Source: Candidatus Nanoarchaeia archaeon (GTDB lineage: Archaea; Nanobdellota; Nanobdellia; Woesearchaeales; ARS49). From it: DNA of 64,000 nt. The translations under genes were made by a program, and so were the position numbers. Location: the NCBI GenBank assembly GCA_041488275.1, contig JBGPOY010000003.1, forward strand, positions 78,092 through 142,091. The letters are read 5' to 3'. The notes under the pieces are model-generated. The model ran no database searches, had not been told where the DNA came from, and was given only the letters and a program-made list of their open reading frames with translations. Positions 1-8,552 of the stretch are shown here, one piece after another. The first letter of the stretch is position 1. Every line of letters starts with the position of its first letter.

Positions 1-2
1 AG

Positions 3-167
3 CTCATCAAAGCATATGGTGTCTGGGGCAAGAAAGTGTTTATGGGCAACAAGTACATGGGCATCCTGCGCACCACGTTCGTGATTGACGAACAAGGAAA
101 GATACTCAAGGTTTTCCAGAAAGTCAGTCCGAAAGGGCACGACGAGGAGATTCTTGCGTTGCTATGA
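3..167 (+). CDS. bcp: Peroxiredoxin (Bcp / thiol peroxidase family), C-terminal fragment; the 5' end lies outside the window
   Basis: Frame 3 reads [54 protein letters not shown] (stop TGA 165-167), which is typical of a Bcp C-terminus. It is absent from the ORF track because the window edge truncates it. Confidence 0.7.
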   Translation, partial: LIKAYGVWGKKVFMGNKYMGILRTTFVIDEQGKILKVFQKVSPKGHDEEILALL

Positions 168-1008
168 ATTTCTGAATCGTGCGCAAGTCCTCGAGCCGTT
201 TTTGTCCTGCGAGCGATGAGCGGAAGAAGGTCCAGAACACGTTCTGCGTCCACGCGACCCATTCGGGGTCGTAGAATTCGTAGAGGATGACGGTGTGCTT
301 GTCGAGCTCGCCTTTGCGGTATTTCGCGGGGTCGAGCTCTTCCTTGAGCCGCACAATTTTGTTGTCAACGACGAACCCGCGCAGCGGCTGTTCGCAATGC
401 CTCACTTCAATCAATTCTTTGCCTTGCTCGTAATTGATTGCAAACACTTTTTGCAGGTTGGTCACGGACGCGAGGTCGACGCGGCTGAGGACTTTGACGC
501 TGACGCCGCGCTGCACCAGTTCTTGGATGATGGACAGCAGGGGAACGCCGTTTTCCACGAGGTTGATGAATGAGCAGTTGCCGGTAAAGACCAGCACTTG
601 TTCTTGGGCGGACGCGAGCAGTGAGGCCGTGTCTTGCTGCTGAATTTCCTGCTTGTCGTTGTACGACGCTTTCCACGCCCGCCTGCGTTGTTCGGGAACG
701 TACGCGTACAGTTCAAAGGGAGAGAAGTCTTCTTTGCGGCGTCCGTGCTCGATTCGTCCGAACAGCCGCTGCTGGAATTCGCTGGAATGAATTTTTTCGG
801 CGTTGAGCCAGAACACGATTTTCAGGGCGCCGCGCGTGCCGCCGCGGAACGTACGCATGCCGAGCGAGCCGGATTCCTTGGCGATTTTTTCGACATACGT
901 GTCGGCCGTGCGCCAGTTGCGGTCGATGTGCTGCGCGATTTCCTGAATGCTGCGCGGCTGTTGGTAGACAAAGGACAGAATCTGCTTTTCGGTGTCTTTT
1001 TCCAGCAT
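124..1008 (-). CDS. Winged-helix DNA-binding protein with a C-terminal PLD-like/TrmB-C-like domain (putative transcriptional regulator)
   Basis: 294-aa ORF. The N-terminus ([33 protein letters not shown]) looks like a wHTH. A TATA-like CTTATTATAGCC (minus strand) lies about 25 nt upstream of the ATG. The function call is weak. Confidence 0.55.
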   Translation of the reverse strand: MLEKDTEKQILSFVYQQPRSIQEIAQHIDRNWRTADTYVEKIAKESGSLGMRTFRGGTRGALKIVFWLNAEKIHSSEFQQRLFGRIEHGRRKEDFSPFELYAYVPEQRRRAWKASYNDKQEIQQQDTASLLASAQEQVLVFTGNCSFINLVENGVPLLSIIQELVQRGVSVKVLSRVDLASVTNLQKVFAINYEQGKELIEVRHCEQPLRGFVVDNKIVRLKEELDPAKYRKGELDKHTVILYEFYDPEWVAWTQNVFWTFFRSSLAGQKRLEDLRTIQKFIATQESPRRALSD

Positions 1009-1081
1009 GAGAAAAACGCGGGCAACGGGCTATAATAAGATTTCGGGACTCTACAACACTCGATGACGAATGACTACAACG

Positions 1082-1492
1082 CTACTTCAGTGCTTTGCGG
1101 ATAACGTCGGCGTCGACTTGCAGTTCTTCAGGTGTCGAATCGCGGTGGCGCCAGTGCGTGAAGCCGTCGTTCGCGAAGCGCGGGATAAGGTGTAAGTGCG
1201 CGTGCATCACAACCTGTCCTGCCGCGGGACGGTTGTTCATGCCAAGGTTGACGCCGTCCGCCTTCATTGCTTTTTGAATGGCGACCGCGACGTGCTTCGC
1301 TCCCACGATGAGGTCTTTCAGGTCCTCTTCCGGCGTGTCAAAGATGTCCGCGTGGTGGTGCTTGTGAACCACGAGCGCGTGCCCCCGGTTCACGGGTTGA
1401 ATCGAGAGAAAGCAGTAGACGTTGTCGTTCTCAAACAGTTTTTGCGAGGGAATCTCGCCGGCAATGATTTTGCAGAAAAGGCATGACGCCAT
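1082..1492 (-). CDS. HIT-family (histidine triad) nucleotide hydrolase
   Basis: Starts CLFCKIIAGEIPS and carries the histidine-triad motif HAHLHLIPR. Confidence 0.9.
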   Translation of the reverse strand: MASCLFCKIIAGEIPSQKLFENDNVYCFLSIQPVNRGHALVVHKHHHADIFDTPEEDLKDLIVGAKHVAVAIQKAMKADGVNLGMNNRPAAGQVVMHAHLHLIPRFANDGFTHWRHRDSTPEELQVDADVIRKALK

Positions 1493-1493
1493 A

Positions 1494-2135
1494 TCAGTCG
1501 AGCATGCCTTCGATTTCGGTCAGCGACATGATTTTTTCAGGATACTCGCGCTTGTTCTTGCGGTCGATGAGCACGCCCTTGACGCCCGCGGCTTTCGCGC
1601 CCGCGAGGTCGGTCTCGACGCTGTCGCCCACGATGAGGGCTTCGGTTTTCTTGACCTTGAGTTCCTTGAGCGCGATTTCGTAGAGTTCGCCGTCTTGCTT
1701 GAGCTTGCCGTGCTGGTATGAGAGTACGACCGCGTCGAAGTATTTCGCGAGATCGTGCTTTGCCATGACTTCTTCAACGGCGTCCTTTTGCGTGTTGCTG
1801 ACAATCGCGAGCTTCAGTCCCTTGTCCTTCAAGGCCTGCAGGACTTCTGCGGTTTCAGGGTACGGCTGGGCGAACAGCTTGTTTTTGTTCCACAGGCCGA
1901 TGAGCTTGCTGATGACGATGGGTATCGGTCGGACGCGGAATTCTTCGCACAATGCGTTGAACGCGTCTTCTTGGCTCGGATATGTTTTCGTGAAAAAGAC
2001 GTTCTCGAACTTGACGATGAACTCCGTGTATTCCATCGGGATGCGGAGAATCTTGAGCGTGCCGCGCGTCGGCGAGTACGCGCCGTTCTCGGCCAGCGTG
2101 CCCCAAAAGTCGAACAAAATTGCCTTGATTGCCAT
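1494..2135 (-). CDS. HAD-superfamily hydrolase
   Basis: MAIKAILFDFWGTLAEN (motif I DxD-like) and IVGDSVETDLAGAKAAGVKGVLI (motif IV). I trimmed the 266-aa ORF to Met54 because the upstream part runs into the tRNA gene. Confidence 0.85.
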   Translation of the reverse strand: MAIKAILFDFWGTLAENGAYSPTRGTLKILRIPMEYTEFIVKFENVFFTKTYPSQEDAFNALCEEFRVRPIPIVISKLIGLWNKNKLFAQPYPETAEVLQALKDKGLKLAIVSNTQKDAVEEVMAKHDLAKYFDAVVLSYQHGKLKQDGELYEIALKELKVKKTEALIVGDSVETDLAGAKAAGVKGVLIDRKNKREYPEKIMSLTEIEGMLD

Positions 2136-2261
2136 GGTGTTTGTCTTACTCGTTTGTTTTATAATACTACCGCTCTCGTCCAACGTCCCTGGGCAGCACG
2201 TGCATGAGCATCGCGTTTCTCCCCCGGCAGGTTTGACGTTCGTCGTTACCCCAACTGCGAA

Positions 2262-2335
2262 TGGACTGGCGGGGATTTGAACCCCGAGCCTCACCGCTGC
2301 CAGCGGCGCGTTATACCGGGTTTAACTACCAGCCC
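2262..2335 (-). tRNA. tRNA-Ala (anticodon GGC)
   Basis: Manual cloverleaf: acceptor GGGCTGG/CCAGTCC with G3:U70, D stem GTTA/TAAC, anticodon stem CGCCG/CGGTG with loop CTGGCAG, T arm CGGGG-TTCAAAT-CCCCG, discriminator A. No encoded CCA. Confidence 0.85.
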
Positions 2336-2358
2336 AATAAGCAAGCTTTCGCTCGCGA

Positions 2359-2430
2359 TGGACGCGCCGGGAGTTGAACCCGGAGCCTCATCCTTGCGAA
2401 GGATGCGTCATGCCATTAGACCACGCGCCC
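2359..2430 (-). tRNA. tRNA-Ala (anticodon CGC)
   Basis: Manual cloverleaf: acceptor GGGCGCG/CGCGTCC with G3:U70, anticodon stem CATCC/GGATG with loop TTCGCAA, T arm CCGGG-TTCAACT-CCCGG. A TATA-like CTTTAAATAC (minus strand) lies about 25-30 nt upstream. Confidence 0.9.
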
Positions 2431-2464
2431 GTGAGTGAACGATGCTGAAGAAGGGTATTTAAAG

Positions 2465-2683
2465 CTACTGCTTCGCCGCAACGTGCAAATCCGCGCCCGT
2501 GACGGTCTTTCTGCCGGCGTGTTTTGCGATGGCGGCGGCGTGCGTGCCGAGCTTGTGCGCTTTCTCGGAAAGAAGCTGTTCCATCGCGTCGAGCGCATCC
2601 TGCGCGACGCGACCTGCGCCGGCACGGAGCATGAGCCGCGCGAGCGGCGCTTTCGGAATCGTGGTTTGCCGGATGACTGCCAT
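2465..2683 (-). CDS. Archaeal histone (HMf family, single histone fold)
   Basis: 72 aa: IPKAPLARLMLRAGAGRVAQDALDAMEQLLSEKAHKLGTHAAAIAKHAGRKTVTGADL matches the archaeal histone pattern, including KHAGRKTV. Confidence 0.9.
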   Translation of the reverse strand: MAVIRQTTIPKAPLARLMLRAGAGRVAQDALDAMEQLLSEKAHKLGTHAAAIAKHAGRKTVTGADLHVAAKQ

Positions 2684-2839
2684 GAGAAAAATAAGGCGGG
2701 ACCAAACACAGAAAAGGGCCCCTTTGGTCGATGTTGTGTTAACTGACCGTAACGGGATTCTGTTTATATAGTTTTCGATTGTCGAGTTTTCGGCAGAAAT
2801 TTAAGCGCGCGCTGTTTTACGCAGGCGAGAGGTGACTGT

Positions 2840-3232
2840 ATGCAAATCGTAAACCCGCCGATTCTTCCGGCAATTGTCGCGACCGTCGTGAACATCGCGC
2901 TGTCCGCGCTCCTGCACGGAATGTTATTCAAGCATATTCCTGTCGGACGAGCGAAGAGCGACGGCAAGATGGAGCCGAGCACGATTCTGATAGCGGTCGT
3001 CGCGACGTTCTTGATGATGTACACGCTGTCGCACGTCCTCGCCTACGCTGAAGCTTCCGGCTTCGTCGAAGGAATGCAGGGTGGATTCTGGATGTGGCTC
3101 GGATTCGTCATGCCTATTCAGATAGCGACGAAGTACACCAACGACCAGCAGTGGAAGACATTCTTCACGAACACATTCTGCACGCTCGTCTCGCTGCTCG
3201 TGACGGGCGGCCTGCTCGCTGCGTGGCACTGA
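2840..3232 (+). CDS. Small polytopic membrane protein (DUF1761-like)
   Basis: 130 aa with 4 predicted TM helices. The family call is from memory of the GFWMWLGF-type motif. Confidence 0.6.
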   Translation: MQIVNPPILPAIVATVVNIALSALLHGMLFKHIPVGRAKSDGKMEPSTILIAVVATFLMMYTLSHVLAYAEASGFVEGMQGGFWMWLGFVMPIQIATKYTNDQQWKTFFTNTFCTLVSLLVTGGLLAAWH

Positions 3233-3253
3233 TTTCTTTTATTTTCTTAGAAT

Positions 3254-4249
3254 TTACGCGCCGGTCTTCTTCCAGCCGGTCGGCGCGACGTCCTTGTTGA
3301 CGAGCGCGGGCGGCGTTTCGCCGTTCAGCACCGCAAGAATGTTCTTCGCGGCGAGAATGCTCATTTCGTTGCGCGCTTCTTCGGTCGCGGAGGCGATGTG
3401 CGGCGTGACGACGACGTTCTTGAGCTTCGCCAGTCCGGGCGCGAGCTTTGGTTCAAACTCTAAGACGTCAAGCCCTGCTCCGCGAATCTGTCCTTTTTTG
3501 AGCGCAACGACAAGCGCTTTCTCGTCGATGACCGGTCCTCGAGAGGTGTTGATGAGGAACGCGGTTTTCTTCATGAGCTTCAGCTTGTCCGCGTTAATCA
3601 AATGCCGCGTCGTGGGCAGCAGTGGCACGTGAATAGAAATCACGTCCGACCGTTTCAGCAGCTCGTCAAGGGAAAGATATTGCGCGCCGTACTTTTCTTC
3701 AATTTCCGGCGTGCGGTTGACGTCCGTATAAACGATTTTCATGTTGAGCGCGTTGGCAAACTTGCAGAACACGCTGCCGATGCGTCCGACGCCGACGATT
3801 CCGGCGGTTTTGCCGTCGAATTCCGTTCCCAACAACAGGAACGGGTCCCAGGATTTGTACTTACCCGCTCGAAGAAACGCATCGGCTTCCACAACGCGCT
3901 TGCCGACGGCAAGCATCAATGCGACGGCGTGTTCGGCGACGGATTCCGTCAGCACGCCAGGCGTATTTGTGACGGGAATGCCGCGCTTCGTCGCTTCGGG
4001 AACGGCGATGTTGTCGAACCCGACCGCGTAGTTGGCGATGATTTTGAGATTCGGATTGGCGTCCATCACTTCGGCGTCAATCTTGTTGGTGAGCAAGGAC
4101 AGCAGCGCGTCCGCCCACTTGACTCCTTTGATGAGTTCTTTGCGCGAAATCGGTCCTTTTTGGGGCGCGACGCGGACGTCGCACGTCTTGCGGAGCATGT
4201 CGACTCCGACTCCGGGGATGTTTTGCGTGACAAAGACTTTCGGTTTCAT
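3254..4249 (-). CDS. gyaR: Glyoxylate/hydroxypyruvate reductase (D-isomer-specific 2-hydroxyacid dehydrogenase)
   Basis: MKPKVFVTQNIPGVGVDMLRK..., NAD motif GIVGVGRIGS, and RGPVIDEKAL...GAGLDV. It appears collinear with Pyrococcus-type GyaR. Confidence 0.9.
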   Translation of the reverse strand: MKPKVFVTQNIPGVGVDMLRKTCDVRVAPQKGPISRKELIKGVKWADALLSLLTNKIDAEVMDANPNLKIIANYAVGFDNIAVPEATKRGIPVTNTPGVLTESVAEHAVALMLAVGKRVVEADAFLRAGKYKSWDPFLLLGTEFDGKTAGIVGVGRIGSVFCKFANALNMKIVYTDVNRTPEIEEKYGAQYLSLDELLKRSDVISIHVPLLPTTRHLINADKLKLMKKTAFLINTSRGPVIDEKALVVALKKGQIRGAGLDVLEFEPKLAPGLAKLKNVVVTPHIASATEEARNEMSILAAKNILAVLNGETPPALVNKDVAPTGWKKTGA

Positions 4250-4585
4250 TTATCCACTTCCCGCCCAGTCCCTGAGCGTATCGTAATCGGTTTCGCCGCA
4301 AATCCATTTCTTGGATTTCGTGTTCCAGAAGAACGGCACGCCGCCGCACATTCCGCGGTCGATGCTTTCGAGCAATTCCGCGTTCTTTGCGTTATGCCAG
4401 ACTTCGAGTTTGGTGACTTTGACGTGCAGCTCGCGCTCGGCTTGTTCGACGAGCGGGTCCATGTTGCGGCAGTGCGGACATTCGGTGCCGTGGAACATGA
4501 CGAGATGGTCCGCCTTGTGCGGCGTTACGTGCGCGGGCGCGGGATGGTTGCCGGGTTTGTGTTTTGCCGTGTGCTTGGCGGGCAT
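4250..4585 (-). CDS. Thioredoxin-fold protein (CPHC) with a His-rich N-terminal tail
   Basis: FHGTECPHCRNM active-site motif. The N-terminus is MPAKHTAKHKPGNHPAPAHVTPHKADH. Confidence 0.8.
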   Translation of the reverse strand: MPAKHTAKHKPGNHPAPAHVTPHKADHLVMFHGTECPHCRNMDPLVEQAERELHVKVTKLEVWHNAKNAELLESIDRGMCGGVPFFWNTKSKKWICGETDYDTLRDWAGSG

Positions 4586-4855
4586 TTACTCGCCCTCACG
4601 GCAGTTGCAGTGCATCAGGCGCTTGTCGCAGCCTGCGCAGACTTTGCACATCGGGCATTTCGGCAGGCGCTTGAGAATGACGTGACAGTACCCGCATTCG
4701 GGACATCGGGCGGCGGCGGGTTTGTGGCGCGCGGCGGAAACGTGAACGTGCTTCGCTTTCGCGTGATGCGTCTTCGGGTGATGCGTCTTCGCGTGCGTCT
4801 TGACGTGTTTCTTGGCGTGCTTCTTCGCATGCGAGGATTTTTTGGAGTGTTTCAC
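4586..4855 (-). CDS. Small His/Lys-rich plus Cys-rich protein (putative metal-binding)
   Basis: 89 aa. The N-terminal half is a K/H repeat (HAKKHAKKHVKTHAKTHHPKTHHAKAKH). The C-terminal half has about 10 Cys (CPECGYC...CPMCKVCAGC...HCNC). It abuts the next gene with no gap. Confidence 0.65.
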   Translation of the reverse strand: MKHSKKSSHAKKHAKKHVKTHAKTHHPKTHHAKAKHVHVSAARHKPAAARCPECGYCHVILKRLPKCPMCKVCAGCDKRLMHCNCREGE

Positions 4856-6183
4856 GCGGTCTTCACCTGATGCAGTTGTCCGATGCGCGAGCCGAGGATG
4901 CGCGTCACGGCTGCTTTCGTCATTGCCGCGCGAAGAACGTGCGCGAGCTCTTGGTCTTTCTGGATGTCCTCAATCCATTGCGCAAAGTCGTTGCGCCCGG
5001 AGTTGACGTGATAGCGGAAGGTCTTGTCGTCCATAACGAGAATCGCCCGGTGGAGTTCGGGAATGCTGCGAATGACGACGCCATTGTTGGTGCGGAACGC
5101 GACGTCGGCGGGCACTTGTCCGAGCACGCGGTCGGCGACTTGTTTCGCAGCAGGACCGCGCGGCGGAGTCGTCACTCGCGACGTGACGTGCGTGGCGTGC
5201 GCGAACTTCATGCGCATCGCTTCTTTCGCCGCCTGCACGATGTCGTTGGACTTGAGATGGTAGAGTTTCATTAATTCGTCGGGTTGTCCGGACTGTCCGT
5301 AGAGGGTTTGCACGCCGATGCGGAGCACGGGCACGGGGTATTCCTGCGCAATCGCTTCGCAGACCGCGCTGCCTAATCCGCCGATGACTTGGTGCTCTTC
5401 CGCAGTTACAACGCATCCGCACCTGCGCGCCCATTCGGTGACCGTCTGGGCGTCGAACGGTTTCACGGTGTGGCTGTTGATGACTGCCGCGCTGACGCCT
5501 TCCTTTTCGAGCTCGCGGGCTGCCATCAATGCTTCGTAGACCATCGTGCCCATCGCGACAATGAGGACATCCGCGCCTTCGACATAGACTTCAGCCTTGC
5601 CGATTTTGAACGGCGAAGCGTCCGTCGTAACGACCGGAGTTTTCTCGCGCGCGAAGCGCAGGTAGACCGGACCGTTGAGTTCGGCGGCTGCAACCGTCGC
5701 CTTGCGGGCTTCAATCGCGTCAGCGGGAACGATGATGGTCATGTTGGCGATAGCGCGCAGGATGTTGACGTCCTCGACCGCCTGGTGCGTTGCGCCGTCA
5801 GGTCCGACCGAAATGCCTGCGTGCGCGCCGCCAATCTTGACGGGCTGGTTGTTGTATCCGATGGTCGTGCGAATCTGCTCCCAGTTTCTGCCGGGAGAGA
5901 ACATCGCGTAGGAAGAAATGAACGGAATTTTGCCTGCCGCGGCCATGCCTGACGCGACGGCCGCCATGTTTTGTTCGGCGACGCCCATTTCGACAAAGCG
6001 GTCGGGGAATTTTTGCTGGAACGCGAGCGAGCGCGTGCTGTCGGTGAGGTCTGCGCAGAGCACGACGACGTTCTTGTTCTTGTCGCCCGCGAGAACCAAT
6101 CCTTCGCCATAACCGTTGCGAATGGGCAGCAGCTTGATTTCGCCGTTCAAGTCGGCGAGTCTTTCGTTTGAGTTGATATTCAT
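4852..6183 (-). CDS. tkt: Transketolase, C-terminal (pyrimidine-binding) subunit, with a roughly 110-aa C-terminal extension
   Basis: FVEMGVAEQNM, GPDGATHQAVED and HTVKPFD motifs, followed by an extra domain (VPADVAFRTNNG...RYHVNSGRNDFAQWIEDIQKDQELAHVL). Overlaps the upstream subunit gene by 4 nt. Confidence 0.9.
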   Translation of the reverse strand: MNINSNERLADLNGEIKLLPIRNGYGEGLVLAGDKNKNVVVLCADLTDSTRSLAFQQKFPDRFVEMGVAEQNMAAVASGMAAAGKIPFISSYAMFSPGRNWEQIRTTIGYNNQPVKIGGAHAGISVGPDGATHQAVEDVNILRAIANMTIIVPADAIEARKATVAAAELNGPVYLRFAREKTPVVTTDASPFKIGKAEVYVEGADVLIVAMGTMVYEALMAARELEKEGVSAAVINSHTVKPFDAQTVTEWARRCGCVVTAEEHQVIGGLGSAVCEAIAQEYPVPVLRIGVQTLYGQSGQPDELMKLYHLKSNDIVQAAKEAMRMKFAHATHVTSRVTTPPRGPAAKQVADRVLGQVPADVAFRTNNGVVIRSIPELHRAILVMDDKTFRYHVNSGRNDFAQWIEDIQKDQELAHVLRAAMTKAAVTRILGSRIGQLHQVKTA

Positions 6184-7052
6184 CCGTCAACCCCTTGCTC
6201 GATTTGTTCGCGCCAGTGCTGGAGTTCCGCGAGCGCGACGTCTCCCTGTTCTTTCGTCGGGGGCTTGCCGTGCCACTCGTGGTCGTTTTCCATGTAGCTG
6301 ACGCCCTTGCCCGGAATCACGTGAGCGATAATGCACGTCGGCTTTTCGTAGACCGCCTTTGCCTCGTTAAACGCAGCGATGAGATGCTCGTGATTGTGAC
6401 CGTCCACTTCAATGACGTGCCAGCCGAACGCCTCGTACTTGTCGCGAAGGGATTCGAGCGGCATGATGTCTTCGGTGTGACCGTCGATTTGGATGTTGTT
6501 GCGGTCGATGACGGCCGTGAGATTACGGAGCTTGTATTTTGCCGCGAACAGTACGGCTTCCCAAACGTTGCCCGCGTCCTGCTCGCCGTCGCTCATCATG
6601 CAGTACACGCGCCACTTTTTCTTGTCCATCATCGCGGCGAGCGCCATGCCCGCAGACTGGCTCAATCCCGAGCCCAGCGGTCCGGACGTGGTTTCGATGC
6701 CGGGGAGCGCGCCGCGGTGCGGGTGTCCTTGCAAACGGGTGCCGAGCTTGCGCAGCGTGAGGAGTTCTTCGCGCGGTAAATAGCCCGCGTTTGCCATCGT
6801 CGCATACAATACCGGACAGATGTGCCCGTTGCTCAGCACGAACCGGTCGCGGTCGTCCCAGTCAGGATTTGCCGGATCGTGGTTCATCAAGTTGAAGTAC
6901 AGAACCGTGAAGACGTCCGCCATCCCGAGCGGTCCGCCCGAGTGCCCGGAACCCGCGGAAACGAGCGAACGGATAAGGTCCTGACGGATGGTATTGGAAA
7001 GAAGCTTGAGCTGCTTGATATCAGTAACCTTCTGGATACGTGCCATCATCAC
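6180..7052 (-). CDS. tkt: Transketolase, N-terminal (TPP-binding) subunit
   Basis: GSGHSGGPLGMAD, LSNGH and MSDGEQDAGNVWEA motifs. This is the split-gene arrangement. Confidence 0.95.
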   Translation of the reverse strand: MMMARIQKVTDIKQLKLLSNTIRQDLIRSLVSAGSGHSGGPLGMADVFTVLYFNLMNHDPANPDWDDRDRFVLSNGHICPVLYATMANAGYLPREELLTLRKLGTRLQGHPHRGALPGIETTSGPLGSGLSQSAGMALAAMMDKKKWRVYCMMSDGEQDAGNVWEAVLFAAKYKLRNLTAVIDRNNIQIDGHTEDIMPLESLRDKYEAFGWHVIEVDGHNHEHLIAAFNEAKAVYEKPTCIIAHVIPGKGVSYMENDHEWHGKPPTKEQGDVALAELQHWREQIEQGVDG

Positions 7053-7113
7053 CCTCTTTTATGAAGCGAATGTCAGGGATTTTGTTTATAAATGTTGTGA
7101 TTGAGAAAATCGG

Positions 7114-7761
7114 CTAGCGAACGTCCCTTTTCAGCTCTCGGTACGCCTGTTTGATGTTCTTTGCTTTGAACAGCGCGCGTCCCGCGACAAAGAGGTTGGC
7201 GCCTGCCGTGCGGCACGCGCGGGCGGTTCCGGCATGGATGCCGCCGTCCACTTCGATGTCGATGGTTTTACTCCAACTGCGCAGTTGGCGGATTTTGCGC
7301 GATTGGTCGAGATACTTTTGCCCCATGAATCCGGGGTGTACGGTCATCACAAGAACTTGGTCGATGAGTTTGAGGTACGGCTTCACTTTTGCGGCAGGCG
7401 TTGCGGGATTGAGCGCGATGCCGACCTTCAGCCGATGAAAGCGAGCATGTTCAATCAGCCCGAGCGCGTGCGCTTTCGAGTGGATTGATTCGGCGTGGAA
7501 AATCAGCAGCTTTGCCTGCGCGACGCGCGCGACGTCGTGAAGGTACGCTTCTGGATGCTTGACCATCAAGTGAAACTCGAGCGTGAGAGGAGTTTTCGTG
7601 CCGGCGAGAGCCGAAGGCAAAATTGTTTTGTTTTTCGCGAACATGCCGTCAATGATGTCGATTTGCGCTCGCCGCGCGAAGGTTTGCGCGCGTTTCAGCC
7701 GGAGCAGTGCTTCCTTGCGGGACTTTGCAAGAATGGCGGGAATGACTTCAGCGCGCTTCAC
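7114..7761 (-). CDS. rpe: Ribulose-phosphate 3-epimerase
   Basis: IDIIDGMF, HLMV, MTVHPGFMGQ and EVDGGI motifs. I placed the start at the GTG at 7761 (215 aa); the longest ORF extends to 7842 and would overlap rpiB by 95 nt. Confidence 0.8.
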   Translation of the reverse strand: MKRAEVIPAILAKSRKEALLRLKRAQTFARRAQIDIIDGMFAKNKTILPSALAGTKTPLTLEFHLMVKHPEAYLHDVARVAQAKLLIFHAESIHSKAHALGLIEHARFHRLKVGIALNPATPAAKVKPYLKLIDQVLVMTVHPGFMGQKYLDQSRKIRQLRSWSKTIDIEVDGGIHAGTARACRTAGANLFVAGRALFKAKNIKQAYRELKRDVR

Positions 7762-8230
7762 GTTCGTACCGTTCGATTTTTTTGATGCGTCTGACGTGAC
7801 GGGCTTCTCCCGAGAACGGCGTGGCGAGCCACGTGTCGACAATCCGCTTCGCTTGTGCTAGAGACAGCCCGAGCCCGTGCGTTTTCTCAACCGTTTTCCC
7901 GCCCGCGAGGCAGAGGATGTTTGCGTCGTTGTGTTTGCGGCTCAACGCGGCGTTCTTGAGGCTCCACACCGGCACGGCGCGCGCACCTTTGACTTTGTTG
8001 GCGGCGATGCAGATGCCTTCGGCGCTGCCGCACACGAGAATTCCCTGCCCGCCGGTCTTGACGACCAGTTTCGCGACAGGAATCGCGTAATCAGGATAGT
8101 CGTCGCTCTTGACGTACCGCCACGCGCCCAAGTCCTTGACGATGTAGCCGGATTTTTTGAGGTAGTGCTTGAGATGCTCTTTCATCTCAAAACCGGCGTG
8201 GTCGGCGCCGAGATAAAGGACGTCACTCAC
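7748..8230 (-). CDS. rpiB: Ribose-5-phosphate isomerase B (RpiB/LacAB family)
   Basis: LYLGADHAGFEMKEHL and GILVCGSAEGICIAANK motifs. I placed the start at the GTG at 8230; the longest ORF (to 8335) would overlap the glutaredoxin gene. Confidence 0.8.
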   Translation of the reverse strand: MSDVLYLGADHAGFEMKEHLKHYLKKSGYIVKDLGAWRYVKSDDYPDYAIPVAKLVVKTGGQGILVCGSAEGICIAANKVKGARAVPVWSLKNAALSRKHNDANILCLAGGKTVEKTHGLGLSLAQAKRIVDTWLATPFSGEARHVRRIKKIERYEREAR

Positions 8231-8252
8231 AACCGCACGCTCGCGAGAAACA

Positions 8253-8507
8253 TTATGCCGCGGCCTTCTCGAGGCCGAGCGCCTTTTTGAGCGCGCCCTT
8301 GTCAAAGCCGACAATGATTTGTCCGTCGATGTCAATCACGGGAACGCCCATCTGGCCGGACTTTTCAATCATTTCTTCCGCCTTTTTCTCATCGTTGGCG
8401 ACGTCGACTTCGGTGTATTTGACGTTGTTGAGCTTGAAGAAATCCTTGGCCTGCTTGCAGTACGGGCACGTGGGCGTGCTGTAGATGAGGACCTTGTGTT
8501 CTGACAT
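8253..8507 (-). CDS. Glutaredoxin-like protein (CPYC)
   Basis: 84 aa with VLIYSTPTCPYCKQAK and GVPVIDIDGQIIVGFD. Confidence 0.9.
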   Translation of the reverse strand: MSEHKVLIYSTPTCPYCKQAKDFFKLNNVKYTEVDVANDEKKAEEMIEKSGQMGVPVIDIDGQIIVGFDKGALKKALGLEKAAA

Positions 8508-8552
8508 ATCGCACCTCGTTTTGTGTTTTGAGCGCGCGGGGCTTAATAAATC

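Noticed and set aside
4740-4800. Short tandem DNA repeat (GTGATGCGTCTTCG x2 and related)
   Set aside because: It is simply the coding sequence of the K/H repeat (KTHAKTHHPKTHH) of the 89-aa protein. It is not a CRISPR or a regulatory repeat.
3602-4870. 422-aa plus-strand ORF spanning the gyaR, Trx-like and His/Cys-rich genes
   Set aside because: It is antisense to three well-supported minus-strand genes. The translation is Arg/Val/Gly/Asp-rich low complexity, typical of shadow ORFs in high-GC DNA, and has no motif.
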